DNA from: Candidatus Hydrogenedentota bacterium
Lineage (GTDB): Bacteria > Hydrogenedentota > Hydrogenedentia > Hydrogenedentales > GCA-2746185
Direction of reading: 5' to 3'
DNA length: 31,920 bases
Assembly: GCA_046583315.1 (NCBI GenBank)
Contig: JAYGCN010000260.1
Location: 1-31,920, forward strand
The notes beneath the pieces were generated by a model. The model saw only the letters and a list, made by a program, of their open reading frames with translations, ran no database searches and was not told the origin of the DNA. Shown here one piece after another: positions 26,829 through 31,920 of this stretch. The position numbers were made by a program, and so were the translations under genes. Numbering within the stretch: position 1 is the stretch's first letter; the number at the start of each line of letters is the position of its first letter.

Positions 26829-26875
26829 TGGTTTTTCATACCGAGTTAAGATGCACATCTCTCCCCAAGGTACGT
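26788..26875 (-). ncRNA. Candidate ~90-nt small RNA or attenuated leader
   Basis: Bounded by a near-consensus promoter (26882-26910) and the terminator hairpin. No family recognised. Confidence 0.35.
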
Positions 26876-26881
26876 TTATAA

Positions 26882-26910
26882 ATCTTACAACGGCATCGGG
26901 TAATTGTCAA
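26882..26910 (-). promoter_or_regulatory. Sigma70-type promoter facing miaB
   Basis: Minus strand TTGACA (26910-26905), 17 nt spacer, TAAGAT (26887-26882). Confidence 0.6.
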
Positions 26911-26990
26911 TGTCGGTATTATACGAAGTATTCTCATTTGGTTTTGTGCGCATGGCCTCCCAGTATGAAAAGGTCTCTGTCGAGATTTTC

Positions 26991-27020
26991 TTGATTGGAT
27001 TTGGGGCATAACTGTATAAT
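26991..27020 (+). promoter_or_regulatory. Putative argCJB promoter
   Basis: TTGATT (26991-26996), 18 nt spacer, TATAAT (27015-27020); RBS aggag 27035-27039. Confidence 0.55.
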
Positions 27021-27045
27021 TGCCCACTACTTACAGGAGATTCAC

Positions 27046-28059
27046 ATGATACGGGTTGGACTCGTTGGCGCAACGGGATATGGGGGCCGGGAACTGCTGC
27101 GACTATTGCTGAACCACGACGGGGCGGAATTTGTTGCCGCGTCATCGACTTCGGCGGTGGGCCAGGCGGTGAGCGACGTTTTGCCCGGATTTGCCGGTTT
27201 GACGGATATTTGCTTCGAGGCATTTGATGCCGCCGCGATGGCCAAGGCCTGCGACGTGGTGTTTATCGGTGTTCCGGGGACACAGTCCATGGAGACGGGT
27301 GCGGCGCTTCGCGATGCGGGCGTGCGGGTCATAGATATGGGACCGGATTTCCGATTGCTCGATTTGGATGAATTCAAGATGTATTACCACGCGGAACACA
27401 CTCAGCCTGAATTGCTTGAGGAGCGGGTGTACGGGATGGTGCCGCTGTATCGGGAAGCGTTGAGAGACGCCCAGCTTGTTGCGGTGCCGGGATGTTATCC
27501 CTTGAGTGTGATTGTGCCGTTGAAACCGTTGGTCGCTGTGATGGAGACAGAGGTTCCTGTCATTGTGGATTCGATTTCGGGTTTGTCGGGCGCGGGTAAA
27601 TCAGTAAATCAGAATTTTCATTTTCCCGAAATGAACGAGAACGTACGGGCCTACAAAATTGGAGTGCATCAGCATACGCCGGAAATGGAGCAGGAGCTGG
27701 ATCGAAAGGTTCAGATTCAGTTTACGCCGCATATCGGCCCGTTCACGCGGGGAATTCTTTCGACAATTACGATTCGGCCCTCGAATGCTGTTGACCTCGA
27801 CGAAGTGTTTAGTGTTTATGCCGATGAACCGTTTGTGCGTGTGCTGGGTGAGGGAAAGATACCGGATCTGAATCAGGTGGCCGGCACGAATTTTTGTGAT
27901 TTTGGCTGGGTGCACGATGAACGGACGGGCAATCTGATTATCGTGAGCGCGATCGACAATCTGGTTGGGGGCACGGCGGGTATGGCGTTGCAGTGTATGA
28001 ATCTGATGTTCAGTCTGGATGAGACGACGGGATTGAAGCTCGGGGGCATGACGATATGA
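27046..28059 (+). CDS. argC: N-acetyl-gamma-glutamyl-phosphate reductase
   Basis: VGATGYGG, DFRL, PGCYP (catalytic Cys), SGLSGAG, HQHTPE, FTPH, RGILST, IDNLV. The start is ATG 27046 after aggag, not TTG 26995. Confidence 0.95.
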   Translation: MIRVGLVGATGYGGRELLRLLLNHDGAEFVAASSTSAVGQAVSDVLPGFAGLTDICFEAFDAAAMAKACDVVFIGVPGTQSMETGAALRDAGVRVIDMGPDFRLLDLDEFKMYYHAEHTQPELLEERVYGMVPLYREALRDAQLVAVPGCYPLSVIVPLKPLVAVMETEVPVIVDSISGLSGAGKSVNQNFHFPEMNENVRAYKIGVHQHTPEMEQELDRKVQIQFTPHIGPFTRGILSTITIRPSNAVDLDEVFSVYADEPFVRVLGEGKIPDLNQVAGTNFCDFGWVHDERTGNLIIVSAIDNLVGGTAGMALQCMNLMFSLDETTGLKLGGMTI

Positions 28060-29261
28060 AGTCTATCGAGGGCGGTGTAACCGCACCGGAAGGATATCGG
28101 GCATCGGGTGTTCCGGCGGGCATTAAGGAAGGTTCCGAGAAGCGTGACTGTGCGTTGATCGTGAGTACGTCACCGGCAACGGTGGCTGGCACGTTTACGC
28201 AAAACGTCATGAAATCGCCACCGGTGTTCTGGAACATTGATCGATGCGCCAACGGGCATGCGCGGGCGGTATTTATTAATAGCGGCAATGCCAATGCGGC
28301 GACCGGCGCGAAAGGCATGGAAAATGTCAAAGAGATGGCGGTTGCCGTGGCCAATGGCGCGCCCTATGGTCCGGAGGAAGTGTGTATTTGCAGTACTGGC
28401 GTAATTGGCGTGCCTCTTCCGATGGATCGAATTGAAAACGGCATTGACGATTGCATTGATGCCTTGTCTCACAGCGGTAGTCCGCACGCCGCGGAAGCCA
28501 TTATGACCACGGATACGGTGCCGAAGGAACGGGCGCTTGAAATTACAATCGACGGAAAATCGGTGAGACTCGGCGCCATTGCGAAAGGCTCGGGTATGAT
28601 CGCGCCGAATATGGCGACAATGATTTGTGTGGTGACGACGGATGCGGCCGTTTCGCACGAGGTGCTATCGCCGTTGCTCAGCTCGGTGGTGAACGAGTCA
28701 TTCAATCGGATCGGCATCGACAATGACATGAGCACGAGTGACACGGTCTTGGTATTTGCCAACGGCGCGAGTGAAACGGAGACGCTAACGCCGGAGACGG
28801 ATGGCTACAAGGTGTTTGCCGGGGCGTTGTTGGCGCTTTGTCAGGATATGGCCCGCGATTTGGTGCGGGATGGTGAGGGGGCTACGAAGTTTGTTGAAAT
28901 TGCTGTGACAGGCACTCGAAATGATGATGAGGCCAAGTCTATCGCACGGGCCATCGGAAATTCTCAATTGTGCAAGACGGCGTTTTTTGGTCAGGACCCG
29001 AATTGGGGTCGATTCGCGTGTGCGGCGGGCTATGCCGGTGTCGACTTTGATCCTTCTCGGCTTCAGATTGGGTTGAACGATGTCGTGTTGTGCAGGGATG
29101 GACTTGTGGCGGATTATCGGGAGAAGGATGCGGCGGCGGTGATGCTTGATCCTGAATTTACGATTCACGTTTCGGTGGGTAGCGGATCGGGATGCGCATT
29201 TTATTGGACCTCCGATCTCAGCCACGACTATGTTAGTATTAACGCCGATTATCGATCCTAG
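28056..29261 (+). CDS. argJ: Ornithine acetyltransferase / N-acetylglutamate synthase
   Basis: NSGNANAATG, STGVIG, IMTTDT, AKGSGMIAPNMATM, RDGEGATK, DPNWGR, INADYRS. Confidence 0.96.
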   Translation: MKSIEGGVTAPEGYRASGVPAGIKEGSEKRDCALIVSTSPATVAGTFTQNVMKSPPVFWNIDRCANGHARAVFINSGNANAATGAKGMENVKEMAVAVANGAPYGPEEVCICSTGVIGVPLPMDRIENGIDDCIDALSHSGSPHAAEAIMTTDTVPKERALEITIDGKSVRLGAIAKGSGMIAPNMATMICVVTTDAAVSHEVLSPLLSSVVNESFNRIGIDNDMSTSDTVLVFANGASETETLTPETDGYKVFAGALLALCQDMARDLVRDGEGATKFVEIAVTGTRNDDEAKSIARAIGNSQLCKTAFFGQDPNWGRFACAAGYAGVDFDPSRLQIGLNDVVLCRDGLVADYREKDAAAVMLDPEFTIHVSVGSGSGCAFYWTSDLSHDYVSINADYRS

Positions 29262-29272
29262 GAAACTTTTCT

Positions 29273-30136
29273 ATGCAGGAATACATTGATAAAGCGAATG
29301 TACTGGTTGAGGCACTGCCGTACATCCGCGAATTCGCCGGCAAGACGGTCGTCATCAAATACGGCGGAAGTGCCATGGACGATCCGGCGATTCGTCGATT
29401 GACTGCGGAAGATGTTGTGCTGATGAAATACGTCGGCATGAATCCCGTCGTCGTGCATGGGGGCGGTCCGCATATCAGCCGCACGCTGGAGAGGCTTGGC
29501 ATCGAGTCGACGTTTCACAAGGGTCTTCGGGTCACGTCGAAGGAAGCGGTAGAGGTTGCAGAAATGGTGTTGGCGGGTTCGGTCAACAAGGATATCGTGA
29601 CGCTGATCAATCAGGCTGGCGGAAACGCGCTGGGTCTGTCTGGAAAGGATGCGAATCTGCTGCATGCCAAAAAAGTTGAGCTTGACGATGGTGTTGATAT
29701 TGGCCATGTCGGGGTCATTGATACGGTGAATTGCGGGATTATTGACGTGCTGTGCGATGCCGGTACGATTCCGGTGATCGCGCCGATTGCGACGGATACG
29801 AAGGGGCGTACGTGGAATGTCAACGCGGATACGGCTGCCGGAGAGATCGCGGCGGCGTTATCGGCGGAGAAATTGGTGTTTTTGACGGATACGCCGGGAT
29901 TGCTGCGTGATATGCACGATCCGGAGACGTTAATCCATCAGGTGCGTTTCGAAGAGGTCAAGGAATTGACGGATCAGGGCGTGATTGCCGGTGGAATGAT
30001 CCCGAAAATTGACGCGTGCCATAAAGCACTTGATTATGGTGTGAGCAAAACACATATAATCGATGGGCGGGTACCTCACGCGCTGTTGATTGAGTTATTT
30101 ACGCAGTCTGGAATGGGGACCCTTGTGACGCATTAG
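29273..30136 (+). CDS. argB: Acetylglutamate kinase
   Basis: EALPYI, VIKYGGSAM, VVHGGGP, GLRVT, NVNADTAA, LTDTPG, GGMIPK, IIDGR. Confidence 0.96.
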   Translation: MQEYIDKANVLVEALPYIREFAGKTVVIKYGGSAMDDPAIRRLTAEDVVLMKYVGMNPVVVHGGGPHISRTLERLGIESTFHKGLRVTSKEAVEVAEMVLAGSVNKDIVTLINQAGGNALGLSGKDANLLHAKKVELDDGVDIGHVGVIDTVNCGIIDVLCDAGTIPVIAPIATDTKGRTWNVNADTAAGEIAAALSAEKLVFLTDTPGLLRDMHDPETLIHQVRFEEVKELTDQGVIAGGMIPKIDACHKALDYGVSKTHIIDGRVPHALLIELFTQSGMGTLVTH

Positions 30137-30193
30137 GTTTACCGAAGTGCACACTTGGTAACGTTATAAAAGGTTTAACCGGGGGATGTACAC

Positions 30194-30838
30194 GTGCCAC
30201 AGCCGTTATTGGATGCTTACGAAGTAATATTTACGGGCGGCATTATCATGCTGCCGATTCTGGCTTGTTCGGTGGTCGCGCTGGCGATCACGATCGAGCG
30301 ATTTTTCACATTGCGTCGTGCGACGATCGATACCCGTGAGCTGATGGATGCGATGCGCACGGTGTTGCATCAGAATCGTACGCAGGAGGCCATCGATATT
30401 TGCCACGAGGCCGATGTGCCGGTCGCGCGCATCATGAAGGCGGGCATCCTCAAGCATGATCGTGGCAAAGAGGATATTCGCGAGGCGATTGAAGATGCGG
30501 GGCATCTTGAGATACCACGGCTGGAGCGTTATCTGCCGGCCTTGTCGACCTGCGCGAATATTGCGCCGCTTCTTGGGTTGCTGGGAACGGTTGCGGGTAT
30601 GATTAAGGCCTTCAAACAGATTCAGAACAAGCAGGGCCTGGTGAATCCGAGTGATTTGGCTGAAGGGATTTCGAATGCGCTGGTGACGACGGCGGCGGGG
30701 TTGACGGTGGCGATTCCTACCTTGGTCGCGTACAACTATTTTGTGACGCGGGTTGACAATATGGTTTTGGAAATGGAAATCAGCTCTTCAGAACTTGTCG
30801 AGTTGTTGACCAAGAGTGAAGACGCTCAGCGGCGGTAG
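30194..30838 (+). CDS. exbB: MotA/TolQ/ExbB proton channel protein
   Basis: GGIIMLPIL...IERF, APLLGLLGTVAGMI, LAEGISNALVTTAAGLTVAIP. GTG start. Confidence 0.88.
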   Translation: MPQPLLDAYEVIFTGGIIMLPILACSVVALAITIERFFTLRRATIDTRELMDAMRTVLHQNRTQEAIDICHEADVPVARIMKAGILKHDRGKEDIREAIEDAGHLEIPRLERYLPALSTCANIAPLLGLLGTVAGMIKAFKQIQNKQGLVNPSDLAEGISNALVTTAAGLTVAIPTLVAYNYFVTRVDNMVLEMEISSSELVELLTKSEDAQRR

Positions 30839-30840
30839 CT

Positions 30841-31281
30841 ATGAAATTCAAGATTGAATCGACACATCGCGAGCAACCCAAACTTGATCTGACACCCATG
30901 ATCGATGTGGTGTTTCAGTTGCTAATTTTCTTCATGCTGTCGGCGACCTTCGTTACGCACAGCGCGATATCGATTGAGATGCCTGAGGCCAAGGGCGCCA
31001 CGAATCTAGAGAAGAAGGAATTGTCGATCACCTTGGCGTACGGCACGGACGGGCCTGAGGGTAAAGGGAAAATCTACCTGGATGAAACACCTATAGACTC
31101 GATGGATGAGTTCACCCGAATTCTCTCTGAAAAAGTCGCGGGTCGACCGGATTTACTGGTGCTGATTCGTCCAGATCACCGTTCGGATGCGGGTCGCCTG
31201 ATAGAAGTATTGGGTATTCTTAACAGTCTGGGCATATCCAAGTCCTCCATTGTTGCTCAGCCTTCCGAAAACGGCGCATGA
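30841..31281 (+). CDS. exbD: ExbD/TolR family protein
   Basis: LDLTPMIDVVFQLLIFFML with the conserved TM Asp; follows exbB. Confidence 0.88.
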   Translation: MKFKIESTHREQPKLDLTPMIDVVFQLLIFFMLSATFVTHSAISIEMPEAKGATNLEKKELSITLAYGTDGPEGKGKIYLDETPIDSMDEFTRILSEKVAGRPDLLVLIRPDHRSDAGRLIEVLGILNSLGISKSSIVAQPSENGA

Positions 31282-31920
31282 AACCCGTAGCGGGGCACGA
31301 CCGGGTCATGACGATGGCCCTGGCGTTCTCGTTTTTATTTCATCTCTCGATGGTGACGCTGTTTCGAATTGTGGTTTATTTTCCGCGACCGGAGCTGGCG
31401 TATTACGATCTCAGTATTGTTGAGTCCCGTTCTGTGTCGAACTTCGCTGACACTTCTGAGCACGCGCTGGAGGCTCCGTCGGCCGAAGATGCGCTGGAAC
31501 GAATGGAGTCGGGCAGTGTGGTGAATGATCGCTGGGCTTCACTGCCGCCCGTGACGTTGCCGCAGCTCAATTTTTCCGAACTGGATCTCATCCGCCTGAA
31601 TCGAACGAGCCTGGATTCCCGATCGCGATACACGAATCGATTCGAGAACGAGTCCGACGATCTTTGGTCCCGATTTGGACAGAAGTTGTCCATGGTAGGC
31701 GAACTTTTAATGCGATCGGAGACACCGTCATCGGCATCGGGCGATGAGTCCGTTCGAATCTTTATCGGTCATCCGGCTCCAGGTTTTGAGGCGTATCTAG
31801 AATGGATGAGTGCGCCCTATGATCGTCAACTGTTGGTGATGGCGAAGGTTGATGCTCTTTGGGGGGCGGCGCCTGAAGCGTTGACGGAACCGTTGGTATT
31901 GGTGCTGCGGGTGAATCAGC
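31278..31920 (+). CDS. TonB/TolA-like membrane-anchored protein (partial, runs off the window)
   Basis: ATGA overlap with the exbD stop and open to the window end. MKPVAGHDRVMTMALAFSFLFHLSMVTLF has an S-x3-H motif in the TM helix. Not in the ORF track. Confidence 0.65.
   Translation, partial: MKPVAGHDRVMTMALAFSFLFHLSMVTLFRIVVYFPRPELAYYDLSIVESRSVSNFADTSEHALEAPSAEDALERMESGSVVNDRWASLPPVTLPQLNFSELDLIRLNRTSLDSRSRYTNRFENESDDLWSRFGQKLSMVGELLMRSETPSSASGDESVRIFIGHPAPGFEAYLEWMSAPYDRQLLVMAKVDALWGAAPEALTEPLVLVLRVNQ

Noticed and set aside
26910..27045. ArgR (ARG box) operator upstream of argC
   Set aside because: AT-rich, but no convincing TGAATAAWWATKCA-like palindrome is visible.
545..31693. Many long overlapping or antisense ORFs in the track (e.g. 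5859-6707 +, 11366-12259 -, 13432-14493 -, 18582-19361 +, 21088-22113 +)
   Set aside because: They shadow well-supported genes, lack motifs and RBSs, and are expected in GC-rich DNA with biased codon use.

Overview
Bacterial chromosomal window, visibly GC-rich, with a G/T-rich + strand. The DUF1549/DUF1553 + DUF1501 pair suggests a PVC-like or Hydrogenedentota-like organism, which is a weak inference. Housekeeping genes are a family-4 uracil-DNA glycosylase, leuB, pepA, miaB, argC-argJ-argB and an exbB/exbD/tonB-like set. Accessory genes mostly concern the envelope, glycans and sulfate esters: a serine hydrolase-DUF1343 (NamZ-like) fusion, a DUF1549/LamG/DUF1553 cytochrome with DUF1501, an AlkP-superfamily enzyme with a GT4, a GH33 sialidase, a cytochrome c-PQQ beta-propeller protein and an exported RNase Z/AtsA-type hydrolase. 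I found no rRNA, tRNA, CRISPR array, transposase, integrase or prophage, and I cannot support a new multi-gene system. Items the ORF track misses or misreports: (i) a histone H1-like (KKK[A/P]A)14 tail at the left edge, followed by a palindrome-rich 3' region; (ii) two apparent gene-truncation junctions near 3130 and 20405; (iii) a DinB gene broken by one in-frame TAG; (iv) a secreted orphan built from two ~109-aa repeats; (v) a promoter plus terminator defining a candidate ~90-nt sRNA between miaB and argC; (vi) a PQQ-fold protein with an N-terminal heme and a non-canonical active site. All calls come from reading motifs by eye; no searches were run.
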